Notes: generated by a model not told the origin, from the sequence alone. A stretch of DNA of 64,000 nucleotides from Candidatus Pacearchaeota archaeon (GCA_018304105.1 JAGVWX010000019.1:65411-129410); one strand, 5' to 3'; counted from the stretch's first letter, positions 53,475 to 63,081 are shown. Numbers and translations: made by a program.

Positions 53475-55856
53475 ATGGCAGTTGGAGATTTTATTCCTCT
53501 GATGGATGCGAAGCAGACGTTTGAGAAGATTGAGAAAGAAAAGCCTTCGCTAGCGGAGAGAACTACGATTGAGCAGCCGGGGAATTTGGTTCCGGCGGAT
53601 TCGCTTAATGGCGGGGAAAAAGTCAAGAAGAAAATCCAGAGGAAAAAAACCGGAAAGAAAGAGCCGAGCAAGATTGAACGAGCGGGAAAGTATATTTTTA
53701 TCATAACGGAAAAACCGCAGGCGGCGATGAAGATTGCATCGGCTTTGGGGAACGCAAAGAAATACAGCGATGGGGGAGTTTCGTATTATGAAGTTCAACA
53801 CGATGGAAAAGAAATTGTTGTCGCCTCAGCGGTTGGACATCTTTACAATTTAGAGTATAAAGCCGGACAGAAAGGGTGGCCGATTTTCGAGCTTGAATGG
53901 AGACCTTCTTATGAAAGGAAAAACTCAGGGTTTACCAAAAAATATTTCTCATTGCTTAAGAAATTAGCCAAGGGCGCCGGCGATATTTTTGTTGCGACAG
54001 ACTATGACGTTGAAGGAGAAGTTATCGGATGGAATGTCTTGAGATTTATTTGCAATAGAGACACGGCGAAGAGAATGAAATATTCTACGCTGACGAAAGA
54101 TGAACTTGTTGAAAGTTATGAAAAGCCGATGGAGGAACTTGACTGGGGACAGGCGTATGCAGGAGAGACTAGACACATCTTAGACTGGTTGTACGGAATT
54201 AATTTGTCGAGGGCTTTGATGAGCGCGATTAAGACGACTGGAAGTTTCAAACTTCTTTCTATTGGAAGAGTTCAAGGACCTGCGCTGAAAATAATTGTTG
54301 ACAGGGAAAGAGAAATCGAAGCGTTCAAGTCCGAGCCGTTTTGGAATGTCCACGCAATAGTTGACGGTTTTGCTTACAAGCATCCGACAGATATTTTTGA
54401 CGAGAAAGAGCTTGATAAATTTAAAGATATAAAAGAAGGTAATGCTGAGACGAAAGAAAAGGAAGAGAAAGTCCAGCCTGGAGTGCCGTTCGACCTTACC
54501 ACGTTACAGAGAGAAGCTTATAGAGTTCATAGGCTTGGGCCGAGCAGGACATTGCAGATTGCGCAGAAGCTTTATCTTGATGGATTGATTTCTTATCCTA
54601 GAACTTCATCGCAGAAAATTCCTGATTTGATTCAACCTAAAAAAATTCTGAAAGCGCTGGAGAAACATTTTCCTGAGGCGAAAAAAGCGACGAGAAAGAA
54701 ACCGTTTGAAGGAAATAAGTCAGATCCGGCGCACCCTTCAATTTATCCAACTGGAGAATACGGAAAGATGAATGAGGATGATGAGAAACTTTACAATTTG
54801 ATTGCGAGAAGATTCATCGCTGTTTTTTCAAACGATGCGGTTACATTGAACAAGAGAGTTGTTATAAAAGCCAAGGATGATGAGAAGATAACTTTCACCG
54901 CTTCGGGGTTGAAGATTTTGGATAAGGGGTGGACTGCGGTTTATCCTGCGATTTTGGAAGAGAAAGATGTTCCGACGCTGAACGGAAAGGTTAAGATTGA
55001 TGAAATAAAGTTTGAAGAAAAAGAGACGCAGCCGCCAAAGCGCTTTACACCGACTTCGCTTGTAACTATTTTGGAAAAGAAGAATCTTGGAACGAAAGCG
55101 ACGCGTTCTACGATAGTAGATATATTGTTTCAAAGAGGTTATCTCGACGGGAAAAGCATTCAGGCAACTCCGCTTGGAATGAAATTGATTAAAGCGCTTG
55201 AAGATTATTCTTCTATAATTATTGATGAAAATTTGACTCGGACTTTGGAAGATGAAATGGAAACGATTCAATCTGGAAAGAACAGAGTTGAGCTTGAAGC
55301 GATGGAAAAGAAAGTTGTGAAGGAAGCAGAGAAAATAATTGAAGATATTTCTAAGGAGTTCAAGGCGAAGGAGAAAGAAATCGGGAAGGGAATTATGGAA
55401 GGGGTTACTGAGTTGAGGGAGCAGCAGAATGAGCAGAACACTTTGATGAAGTGTCCGAAGTGCGGGAAGGGCGATTTGAGAATTATGTATTCGAGGAAGA
55501 CGCGGAGCCAGTTTGTTGCATGCTCGGCGTATCCTGAATGCAGGAACACCTACAATGTGCCTCCGAATTCTTACATAAAGAAGGCAGACAAGACGTGCCC
55601 TGATTGCGGATTTCCATTATTGATTTCTTTGAAGAAGGGAAAGAGGCCGTGGGAATTTTGCATCAATCCAGAATGTCCAGACAACAAGAAAAGAAGAGAA
55701 GAGTGGGAAAGGAAGAACGGAAGGAAAATAGGACAAGGGGTTGTTGTTGAGGGGGGAAGCGAGGAAGAAAGCAAAGAGAAGATTGGTTCCAGGGTTGTTG
55801 AAGGAGATAGTGAAGAAGGAGAGAAGAAGGAAGAGAGTGATGAAAGCGGGAAATGA
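53475..55856 (+). CDS. topA: Type IA DNA topoisomerase with C-terminal Zn ribbons
   Basis: Toprim YIFIITEKP...DYDVEGE, ISYPRTSS active-site Tyr region, CPKCGKG...CSAYPEC and CPDCG...CINPEC ribbons. Confidence 0.9.
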   Translation: MAVGDFIPLMDAKQTFEKIEKEKPSLAERTTIEQPGNLVPADSLNGGEKVKKKIQRKKTGKKEPSKIERAGKYIFIITEKPQAAMKIASALGNAKKYSDGGVSYYEVQHDGKEIVVASAVGHLYNLEYKAGQKGWPIFELEWRPSYERKNSGFTKKYFSLLKKLAKGAGDIFVATDYDVEGEVIGWNVLRFICNRDTAKRMKYSTLTKDELVESYEKPMEELDWGQAYAGETRHILDWLYGINLSRALMSAIKTTGSFKLLSIGRVQGPALKIIVDREREIEAFKSEPFWNVHAIVDGFAYKHPTDIFDEKELDKFKDIKEGNAETKEKEEKVQPGVPFDLTTLQREAYRVHRLGPSRTLQIAQKLYLDGLISYPRTSSQKIPDLIQPKKILKALEKHFPEAKKATRKKPFEGNKSDPAHPSIYPTGEYGKMNEDDEKLYNLIARRFIAVFSNDAVTLNKRVVIKAKDDEKITFTASGLKILDKGWTAVYPAILEEKDVPTLNGKVKIDEIKFEEKETQPPKRFTPTSLVTILEKKNLGTKATRSTIVDILFQRGYLDGKSIQATPLGMKLIKALEDYSSIIIDENLTRTLEDEMETIQSGKNRVELEAMEKKVVKEAEKIIEDISKEFKAKEKEIGKGIMEGVTELREQQNEQNTLMKCPKCGKGDLRIMYSRKTRSQFVACSAYPECRNTYNVPPNSYIKKADKTCPDCGFPLLISLKKGKRPWEFCINPECPDNKKRREEWERKNGRKIGQGVVVEGGSEEESKEKIGSRVVEGDSEEGEKKEESDESGK

Positions 55857-56800
55857 AGAGAATGGACAGAGTAAAAATTAAACAATTTGAGTCTGCAATA
55901 ACTAATTCTTACAAGAACGGACTTGCGGCTAAAAAAATCATTGAAAGATATCCTATTGGAAATACGACCTTATTTAGAATATTGAAAAGAAATGGAATCG
56001 AGACAAAGCTTTCAATTAATCAATATAAAAATGACGCTGTTTTAAAAAAGTATTGTAAAAATTGTAATAAAATTATCTTGAAGAAATCTAGAGAATCATG
56101 GAAACAGTTTTCTCAAAAAAAGTTTTGTAGCAGAAAATGTTTCAGTTTGGCAAACACAGGCATTAAAACTGGAAGAGTTCCAAGAAGTGCTTTTCAAAAA
56201 GGAAATATTCCTTTTAATAAAGGAAAAAACCATCTTGCAGGTGAGAAAAATCCAAATTGGAAACCTAAGGTAATTCGATATTGTAAGACTTGCGGCAAGA
56301 AAATTGAATTGCATCCCTATCGCGTGAAAAATGTAAAAGCAAATTATTGTTCAACAAGATGCAGTGTTCTATCTCAAGAGATGCCACAGCATAATACTGT
56401 GCCAGAAAGAATTTTTAAGAAACTGTTAATTAACATGGGTTTAAGCGAAGGCAAAGATTTTACACATCAATTTATTTTCAACAATAAATTCAAATGTGAT
56501 TTTGCATTTCCAGATAAAAAGATAATAATTGAAATCTTTGGAGATTATTATCATGCGAATCCCTTAGAACATAGTTATAATCCGGAGACTTTTGTTATGG
56601 CTAATGGCAAAAAACTTTCTCCCTATAGGCAAATTAAAAATATCAAGAATGATAAGGCAAAACAAGCATACATAACTAAATGCGGATGGAAGTTTTTGTT
56701 TTTTTGGGCTAGCGATTTAGAAAAGAATGAAAAAAATGTTATAGAAACAGTTAAACAGAGTTTAGGAACTAACAAGAAAGAAACAGTTGATGAAAGTTAA
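55853..56800 (+). CDS. HTH + NUMOD-like + Vsr/DUF559-fold endonuclease (homing-endonuclease-like)
   Basis: ATGA overlap with topA; IGNTTLFRILKRNGI HTH; GNIPFNKGKNH/GEKNPNWK; C-terminal PERIF..LGL...CDFAFPDKKIIIEIFGDYYH. Confidence 0.55.
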   Translation: MKRMDRVKIKQFESAITNSYKNGLAAKKIIERYPIGNTTLFRILKRNGIETKLSINQYKNDAVLKKYCKNCNKIILKKSRESWKQFSQKKFCSRKCFSLANTGIKTGRVPRSAFQKGNIPFNKGKNHLAGEKNPNWKPKVIRYCKTCGKKIELHPYRVKNVKANYCSTRCSVLSQEMPQHNTVPERIFKKLLINMGLSEGKDFTHQFIFNNKFKCDFAFPDKKIIIEIFGDYYHANPLEHSYNPETFVMANGKKLSPYRQIKNIKNDKAKQAYITKCGWKFLFFWASDLEKNEKNVIETVKQSLGTNKKETVDES

Positions 56801-56830
56801 GTTTATTAACTAAAAATATCTTTGAAAACT

Positions 56831-57052
56831 ATGGAACAAAAACAAGCCACTTTAGAGATGATTTATGAAATGCTGAAGAAGATTGAGATGGAAGTTGAAA
56901 TGATAAATAGTAGACTGAATTGGGAAGGTGAATTTGACGAAGAAGAGAATGCCGAGTTTGCTGAAGGGACGAAGAGAGCATGGGAAGAAATAGACGAAGG
57001 AAAGTATGCGAAATATAATTCTCCTGAAGAATTTTTAGATTCTTTCAAGTAA
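56831..57052 (+). CDS. Antitoxin partner of RelE/ParE-like toxin
   Basis: 73 aa acidic, 1-nt gap to the toxin gene. Confidence 0.5.
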   Translation: MEQKQATLEMIYEMLKKIEMEVEMINSRLNWEGEFDEEENAEFAEGTKRAWEEIDEGKYAKYNSPEEFLDSFK

Positions 57053-57053
57053 A

Positions 57054-57299
57054 ATGCCAAGAATAATAGAAACGGACAGTTTCAAGAAAGTTAAGTCTGG
57101 GCTAGACAAAAGTTTTTTGTTAAGGCTTGAAAAGCTGGTGCAAAAGATTGTTGAAAATCCTGAAATCGGGAAGCCGATGAAATATGAACGCAAAGGGACG
57201 CGGGAAGTTTATCTTAAACCTTTTAGAGTCTCATATTCCTATGAACCTAACCAAGGCACTTTAATTTTTCTGAACGTTTATCATAAGAAGAGGCAATAA
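57054..57299 (+). CDS. RelE/ParE-family toxin
   Basis: 81 aa; ..NPEIGKPMKYERKGTREVYLKPFRVSYSYEPNQGTLIFLNVYHKK. Confidence 0.65.
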   Translation: MPRIIETDSFKKVKSGLDKSFLLRLEKLVQKIVENPEIGKPMKYERKGTREVYLKPFRVSYSYEPNQGTLIFLNVYHKKRQ

Positions 57300-57317
57300 T
57301 TCTTGATTGTATAAGAA

Positions 57318-57812
57318 TTAGCAATTTCCAATTTTCTTTTCGTCAATCTTGCAGGTGCCGAGATAAACTTCTAACTTTTTGTCTAGAGGATTTTGGTTTG
57401 GTGTGAAGTGGTATATCTTTGATGTTCCTTTGTTTAGGACTTCGCAGGCGCTGCCGCAAGTATTTTGAGAGCATGTCCAGGTTTCATCTTCTAGGACGAA
57501 AGATAGTGAGTTGATACTCAATTCTTCTGAACTTCTTTGAATAAGGGCTTCAACTTTGCCTTCCGAGTTAATGCACGCCTTTGTTATCTGAACGGGAAGA
57601 GTTAATCTTGTTGTTAAGTCCAAGCAGTTGTAAGTCGGGGAAGATTGAATGTCTCCGAGAGCTAAGAGGTTCATAACGCTGTAACCAGCGAAGCCAACTG
57701 ATGCGAGGGCTAAGATGATTAGGACGGAAGTTGAGACTATGTCTGACATTGCTCTTTTGTTATTAGCGCAGTTTGCACCCAGCCCTATTCGCAACCTGTC
57801 TCGTAATGACAT
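57318..57812 (-). CDS. Archaeal type IV pilin-like secreted protein (start ambiguous: 57812 or ATG 57749)
   Basis: ..NNKRA MSDIVSTSVLIILALASVGFAGYSV class III signal-like N-terminus. Confidence 0.55.
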   Translation of the reverse strand: MSLRDRLRIGLGANCANNKRAMSDIVSTSVLIILALASVGFAGYSVMNLLALGDIQSSPTYNCLDLTTRLTLPVQITKACINSEGKVEALIQRSSEELSINSLSFVLEDETWTCSQNTCGSACEVLNKGTSKIYHFTPNQNPLDKKLEVYLGTCKIDEKKIGNC

Positions 57813-57935
57813 TATCCTGTCCTCCCGATAATACTCTCGTCAGGTTGCTCACCCGCCCAGAGAGTCATGATTTTCTTCGTGTTGCTCAGAAAATCCTGCA
57901 AATAATTCGCAAACTGCTGATTATCTTGCATTGCT

Positions 57936-58006
57936 CTTTTGTTGAAATTGGACGCTTGGCGTCTTATTTGCTGAACTCGCTCCGCTCGTTGTTCCCCACC
58001 CGCCCC
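57936..58006 (+). repeat. GC-core element, left-half copy
   Basis: cttttgttgaaa, hairpin gacgc-ttg-gcgtc, cgctccgctcg, ccccacccgcccc; explains the spurious ORF 57812..58042. Confidence 0.6.
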
Positions 58007-58118
58007 TAAATTAATATAACGCGAGAATTTATTGTTTGTCATATTATCTTCCTCCGAGTGATTTGCTGAAAATAATTATTAGTGACTTCTGATTGTCTTG
58101 TTTTTATTTGGTATCTTT

Positions 58119-59261
58119 TTAGTTCTTGCATGGAGTGGCTCCTACTTCCGCCAGGGAAGTCTGATACAATGTGTTTCCATCTGCGTTGACTAACTTACAA
58201 GAGTTTTCTTTGCCTGTTGCCGGAATTGTGAACATTATTGGAGTGTCGATTATTTGTGGGACTGCAGTAATCTGGCCGTTAAGTTCCGGATTGTAATCTG
58301 TTGTGAAGAGTATGTCTGAGTGGACAGAGGTTTCTACTACTGTGTTGCCTGATGCGTCCTTGACTTGAAATGTTGAATCGCCGAATGTTCTTGCTCCGTT
58401 TGGACAGCCGGTTTCGAGAGTTGTCACAAAGCCCTTTTCTGTTTGTTCTACGAGGTAATACTGTTGATTTGCGCAGTCTTCAGCTGTTGAAATAGCTTTT
58501 CCGGTGATTGCATTTCCGTCGCTTTTACCGCGATATTGATTTAAGATTTTTTCATTTAGAAGATTTTCATCGAGGCCGCCATAGCGGTTGGCGTTGAGTG
58601 AGCGCATGAAACCGTTTTCAAATTCACGGTAATAATCTGCGTTTGTGCATTCTTTGAAACAGCCATAATTTTCTGTGTTTTCTGGGAATTTTTTGAAGTC
58701 AGAACATTTTTTTTGGCAATTTTCTGATTCTCTTGGGATGCTTGCGCCTGGAGAGCTGTACTCCTCTGCGAAGTTGTCGAAGACATGGGCGAATTCGTGA
58801 GCGAAAACGGTCAAAGGATGATTAATGTTTAAGCTCATAACTCCTTTGAATGCAGAGCTGCGAATCGAACTTGGCTCTTCGCCCAGGACAATAATATAAT
58901 CGTTTGGACAGGCAGAGGCAGCTTTTGTTAATGCAGAAGACTGGCAGAGTATTGCGATGCCTTGATAGATTTCACAAGCTGGACTGAACTGGCCGGGAGT
59001 TATGTAATAAAAGCTGAATTTGTCCTTATGATTGGCGAAAGGCTCGACAGTAAGAATATAATTCGAATATTTCTTTGCCTGTTCTTCTGCTGCAAAAAAA
59101 ACAAGATTTATTCCTCCTGAATTTTCCTGAATGACTTTGCAGGCTATTGAACTATTTGCTGGAGGAGAATTGTTTGCGTTTTTTGCGAGCAACAGCGCGC
59201 TTACGGAAACGATTAATGAGATGGCTATAATTGAAACCAGGAGAACGAACCTTTTCTTCAT
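58119..59261 (-). CDS. Secreted Zn metalloprotease (HExxH...EEY)
   Basis: Signal peptide; FAHEFAHVFDNFAEEY, same spacing as FAHEKGHSDASLCDEY in the 919-aa protein. Confidence 0.7.
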   Translation of the reverse strand: MKKRFVLLVSIIAISLIVSVSALLLAKNANNSPPANSSIACKVIQENSGGINLVFFAAEEQAKKYSNYILTVEPFANHKDKFSFYYITPGQFSPACEIYQGIAILCQSSALTKAASACPNDYIIVLGEEPSSIRSSAFKGVMSLNINHPLTVFAHEFAHVFDNFAEEYSSPGASIPRESENCQKKCSDFKKFPENTENYGCFKECTNADYYREFENGFMRSLNANRYGGLDENLLNEKILNQYRGKSDGNAITGKAISTAEDCANQQYYLVEQTEKGFVTTLETGCPNGARTFGDSTFQVKDASGNTVVETSVHSDILFTTDYNPELNGQITAVPQIIDTPIMFTIPATGKENSCKLVNADGNTLYQTSLAEVGATPCKN

Positions 59262-59312
59262 GGTTATATTAAGACAGAGAAGTTTTAAATATTTGTTTTT
59301 GTCTCTGATACC

Positions 59313-61334
59313 ATGAAAAAAGAGATGGCTTTTTTATTTAGCGTGTGCTTTTTATTTTGCTTAATTGGTTTAATTGAGTTTGCTGCTGCCGACAGTGTGA
59401 CCGGAGAAGTTATTACAGGAGATACTGTAACCGGAAAGGCAACACAAGGAATAGCCAATGCTTCTATTACTATATACGATATCGTTAATTTTACGATTGA
59501 TTCCCCGCAAAATACGACTTATGTATCCAATACGTCTGGAAGCTTTGCACTCAACCTGAATGTAAGCTGGAATATAGGAACGCCAAGCAATTGGAGATTT
59601 ACTCTTGTTGATTTGTGGCTGAATGTGACAATAAATTCCAGCACGGCTTTCACGCCAAATACTACGATTTATTCCCACACAAAATCTCATAACCTTACAG
59701 TAACTGTTGAAAATGAAATAGGGGCGGTTTCTTCAAGGAGTGTTGTATTTTATGTGAATGCTAATAACACAGTTCCAGTCATAGACATTCCGGAAAACGA
59801 ATTGTTTGTCTGTGAAGATAATCCTTTGGATTATTCTTTCAATGTAACTGACGCAGAGGACGGCGGCATAAATGTTGGACTTTCAGATATAGATCCATTT
59901 TTTATCAGCCCGCAATTTTTTACTGGTTATTCTAATGAGACAAATCTTTATTCTACTAAACTGAATGCAAATTTTCTTGGAACCAGAGAATTGACAATTT
60001 CTGCAGCAGACGAAGAATCTTCCGACTCTAAAACATTGAATGTGACTGTGATTGAGACGAATGCTTATCCAGATGTTGAAAACCTGAGCGTTGCGACTGT
60101 CTGGGCGATAGGAGAGAATAATTATTATAATGAGGTCGCAGTTTATGACACGGAATGCAGTTGCAGCCAGAGTTCTGGTAATTTTACTTTCAACCTGACT
60201 TATACAAACGGGTCTGAACCATTCTTTGATATTTCGCAATATGGTATTATGGACTTTGATGCGAATGTATCGCTTCTCGGCCCGAATAATGCGAGTGTCG
60301 TTTACAATCTTAGCTTGTGCGTTACGGACCAAGGACTGAGCGATCCTCATCAGAACATTAGTCTATGTGAGCAAGACGGCTCGAATTTGACAACTTGCAG
60401 AAATTTTAGCATCACGGTAACTATGGAAAACAGAGCGCCAAATATAACTAACTACTATCCTACCTCTTTGCTGTTTACTGCTTCTGGAACCCAGGCATTG
60501 CAGTTCAATGTTTCTGAAGTTGACTTGGACGGCACGCTGCCTGATACTTATTGGTATGTTGACGGAGCATTTGCCGAGTATGATTCAGGTTCGAATTTTG
60601 ATGAATTTATGTATACTTTTGGGTGCGGAGTTTCCGGGCTGCACAATGTTGCTGTTGAGATAACAGACGGAGCGAGTTCTTGCTATGGGGGCGGGAGCTG
60701 CAATGATTCCTTGCAATGGATTGTTTTGGTGGAAGGGGTTGCTTGTTCTGTTTCAGACGCAGGAGGCGGGGGCGGCGGTGGCGGGGGAGGGGGCGGAGCA
60801 AGTTGTGTTGAATCATGGGCCTGTGATTCATGGCAAAATTGTGAGGATGCGGCAGATGCTCTTTCCTCCGGAGGATTGAGCGGAGAAGATTACAGAAAGA
60901 TTACAGAAGGTTGTACAATACAGGGATTGGATGAGAAAACATGCGGATACCAAACGAGGAGATGCATGGACATAAATTCATGCGGGACAAAAGCAACAAT
61001 ACCCTTTAAGATGCAGTCTTGTTATTTTGTTTTGAATCCAAGCTGTTCCGACGGAGTAAAAAATTGTCACGACGAAAGCTGCGAATTTATGGTTGATTGT
61101 GGAGGGTCTTGTGAGCCATGCCCGACTTGTTCTGATGGGAAGCAAAATCAGGCAGAAAATGGGGTTGATTGCGGAGGCCCTTGCCCATACGTATGCCAAA
61201 CGGAAATTCCAGCCCAATCAGCAAGGGTTAAGTTCGTTTACATTTCTATTGCCATTATCCTATTAGCAATTCTTGCGATAAAGATTTATCAAATGATTAA
61301 GTTGAGTAGGATTTTGTCGAAGAGCAAGATGTAA
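59313..61334 (+). CDS. Large surface protein: N-glycosylation-rich, Gly11 run, Cys-rich stalk, C-terminal TM
   Basis: 673 aa; WACDSWQNC, CSDGKQNQAENGVDCGGPC modules; C-terminal TM + basic tail. Confidence 0.7.
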   Translation: MKKEMAFLFSVCFLFCLIGLIEFAAADSVTGEVITGDTVTGKATQGIANASITIYDIVNFTIDSPQNTTYVSNTSGSFALNLNVSWNIGTPSNWRFTLVDLWLNVTINSSTAFTPNTTIYSHTKSHNLTVTVENEIGAVSSRSVVFYVNANNTVPVIDIPENELFVCEDNPLDYSFNVTDAEDGGINVGLSDIDPFFISPQFFTGYSNETNLYSTKLNANFLGTRELTISAADEESSDSKTLNVTVIETNAYPDVENLSVATVWAIGENNYYNEVAVYDTECSCSQSSGNFTFNLTYTNGSEPFFDISQYGIMDFDANVSLLGPNNASVVYNLSLCVTDQGLSDPHQNISLCEQDGSNLTTCRNFSITVTMENRAPNITNYYPTSLLFTASGTQALQFNVSEVDLDGTLPDTYWYVDGAFAEYDSGSNFDEFMYTFGCGVSGLHNVAVEITDGASSCYGGGSCNDSLQWIVLVEGVACSVSDAGGGGGGGGGGGGASCVESWACDSWQNCEDAADALSSGGLSGEDYRKITEGCTIQGLDEKTCGYQTRRCMDINSCGTKATIPFKMQSCYFVLNPSCSDGVKNCHDESCEFMVDCGGSCEPCPTCSDGKQNQAENGVDCGGPCPYVCQTEIPAQSARVKFVYISIAIILLAILAIKIYQMIKLSRILSKSKM

Positions 61335-61373
61335 AATGAAAAGGATTAAAAACTAGTTTAAAGGTTTTTAATT

Positions 61374-61844
61374 ATGGCTGCTCATGGAATTTTGAAGATA
61401 TTGTACGTTCTTTTGATTTTTTCTGTCGGTTTTTTAGTCGGGCAAGTTTGGGATTCATTTTATTACGGGGGCGTTACGGGAAAGGCTGTAGAAGCGCCTT
61501 CTGACTTTGTTGGAAATAATAATATAACTGTTTACGAAGACAGAGTGGTAATTGAAGTTAAAGGGGCGAAGATTAGCACTTATGAATCTACTGGAAGCAT
61601 GCTGCCGACACTTGGAGAGGGTGTGAATGGAATAAGCGTTGCACCAAATTCTCCTGACGAGATAAATGTCGGAGATATTATTAGTTTTAGAAAAGGGGAG
61701 CAATTAATCGTTCATAGAGTTGTGGAAAAAGGAACTGATGCCAACGGGTTGTTCTTTGTTACAAAAGGGGATAATTCTCTGGCAGATGACGGGAAAATAA
61801 GGTTTGAAGAAATCGAAAGGGTTCTTATTGCGCTGGTTTATTGA
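61374..61844 (+). CDS. Signal peptidase I, archaeal/ER (SipW-like) type
   Basis: TGSMLPTL (Ser), GDIISF, IVHRVV (His), KGDNS. Confidence 0.8.
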   Translation: MAAHGILKILYVLLIFSVGFLVGQVWDSFYYGGVTGKAVEAPSDFVGNNNITVYEDRVVIEVKGAKISTYESTGSMLPTLGEGVNGISVAPNSPDEINVGDIISFRKGEQLIVHRVVEKGTDANGLFFVTKGDNSLADDGKIRFEEIERVLIALVY

Positions 61845-61984
61845 TTGAGAATTAATATTCTATTTTTCAGGGACGACTTGTGAATTTATTATTTGTTCAA
61901 CTTTTCAACAAAGCCGGACAAATAATTAACCTTATAAACTATAAGACATTGTTTTCGCTGTAAAAAGAGCCGGTGACTGATAGT

Positions 61985-62908
61985 ATGAGCCTGAGAAAAA
62001 AGAAGGGGATTGTATTTGTTCCGTTGCTAGCTGTGGGCTTTATTCTTTTTGTTTCTTTGGCTTCAGCGGGCAATGTTACGAGGTCTTTTAGTTCTTCAAG
62101 TGTTAGCGCTGGAACTCAAGTAAACGTAAGCTTGATTGTAGATATTGATGAAGGGAATCCTAATGAAAGTTATTATTACATTCAAGAAGAAGTTCCTGCC
62201 GGATGGACTATTTTGGATAACGCAAGCGCTTTAGAGGTAGATGGGCGGAATATTACGTGGGCTTATGGACCGAGCCCCGCCGATACGACTCTTGTTTATG
62301 TTGTTCAGGCGCCTTCATCTTCGGGGAGCTATTCTTTTTATGGAAGTTATGCGATAGGAAGCCCGATTGTTTTTTCAGTTTTGGGGGGGGACACCGTAAG
62401 CGTAGCTTCGAATGGCATTATTGATTCGGGGAATCCCGGCGGGGGTGGTGGCGGAGGGACTCCAAAATTTCAGTGCAATGATAAATTAGACAATGATAAA
62501 GATGGTTTGATAGATTATCCTAATGACCCACAATGCAATTCCACTGCAGATAACAGCGAATTTTCGTTTGAACAACCTGTTGGGCCGTCGGGGTGCGAAG
62601 AACAATGGACTTGCGCAGATTGGGGCGCATGCAATGAAGAGAATGTAAAAGTTAGAACTTGTACGGAAGAGAACGCATGCGGGACAGAAATATTTAAGCC
62701 ACAGACTGAAGGCCTTTGCGAGTCGCCGACTATGCTTCTTGTCGGGGGCGTAAGATTGGACATAATTTTTGCAGTAGTGGTTATAGTTTTGTCTCTTGCA
62801 ACAGCTATTATTGGCTTAACTTTCTGGATTAAAGGAAGAGATGCGCGAAATGAAATGCTTGAAAAGAGAAAAGCGCTGATGAATGCAGTTAGAGAAAATG
62901 TTGTTTAA
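61985..62908 (+). CDS. Surface protein with Gly7 run, CxDxxDNDxDG metal-binding-like motif, WxCxxWxxC module, C-terminal TM
   Basis: CNDKLDNDKDGLIDYPNDPQC; CEEQWTCADWGAC; TM IFAVVVIVLSLATAIIGL. Confidence 0.7.
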   Translation: MSLRKKKGIVFVPLLAVGFILFVSLASAGNVTRSFSSSSVSAGTQVNVSLIVDIDEGNPNESYYYIQEEVPAGWTILDNASALEVDGRNITWAYGPSPADTTLVYVVQAPSSSGSYSFYGSYAIGSPIVFSVLGGDTVSVASNGIIDSGNPGGGGGGGTPKFQCNDKLDNDKDGLIDYPNDPQCNSTADNSEFSFEQPVGPSGCEEQWTCADWGACNEENVKVRTCTEENACGTEIFKPQTEGLCESPTMLLVGGVRLDIIFAVVVIVLSLATAIIGLTFWIKGRDARNEMLEKRKALMNAVRENVV

Positions 62909-62922
62909 GCTTTGGTGACATC

Positions 62923-63081
62923 ATGGTAAAATTAAAATTTGGAACAAACTTTGCGATATTCATTTTATTTTTTGGTGTTGCGGTTGTAGAAACGGTACAA
63001 ACTAAGAATTGGATTAAAGTAAGCTTTTGGATAGCCATATCGCTTGTGTTTCTTTTAGCGGATAACTTTAAGGGGAAGTAA
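62923..63081 (+). CDS. Small 2-TM membrane protein (52 aa, below track cutoff)
   Basis: MVKLKFGTNFAIFILFFGVAVVETVQTKNWIKVSFWIAISLVFLLADNFKGK*. Confidence 0.35.
   Translation: MVKLKFGTNFAIFILFFGVAVVETVQTKNWIKVSFWIAISLVFLLADNFKGK

Noticed and set aside
57812-58042. 76-aa ORF upstream of the pilin-like gene
   Set aside because: It is composed of GC-core repeat-element sequence (TTTCAACA box, gacgc hairpin, ccccacccgcccc) and has a low-complexity Q/R-rich translation. It is likely non-coding.
60765-60800. G-rich run (ggaggcgggggcggcggtggcgggggagggggcgga) as an assembly artefact or G-quadruplex element
   Set aside because: It is in frame and encodes an 11-Gly linker. The neighbouring surface protein has an analogous Gly7 linker at 62440-62465, so it is a protein feature.
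59313-62908. Diversity-generating retroelement targeting the surface proteins
   Set aside because: There is no reverse transcriptase gene in the window, and I could see no template/variable repeat pair with A-specific mismatches.
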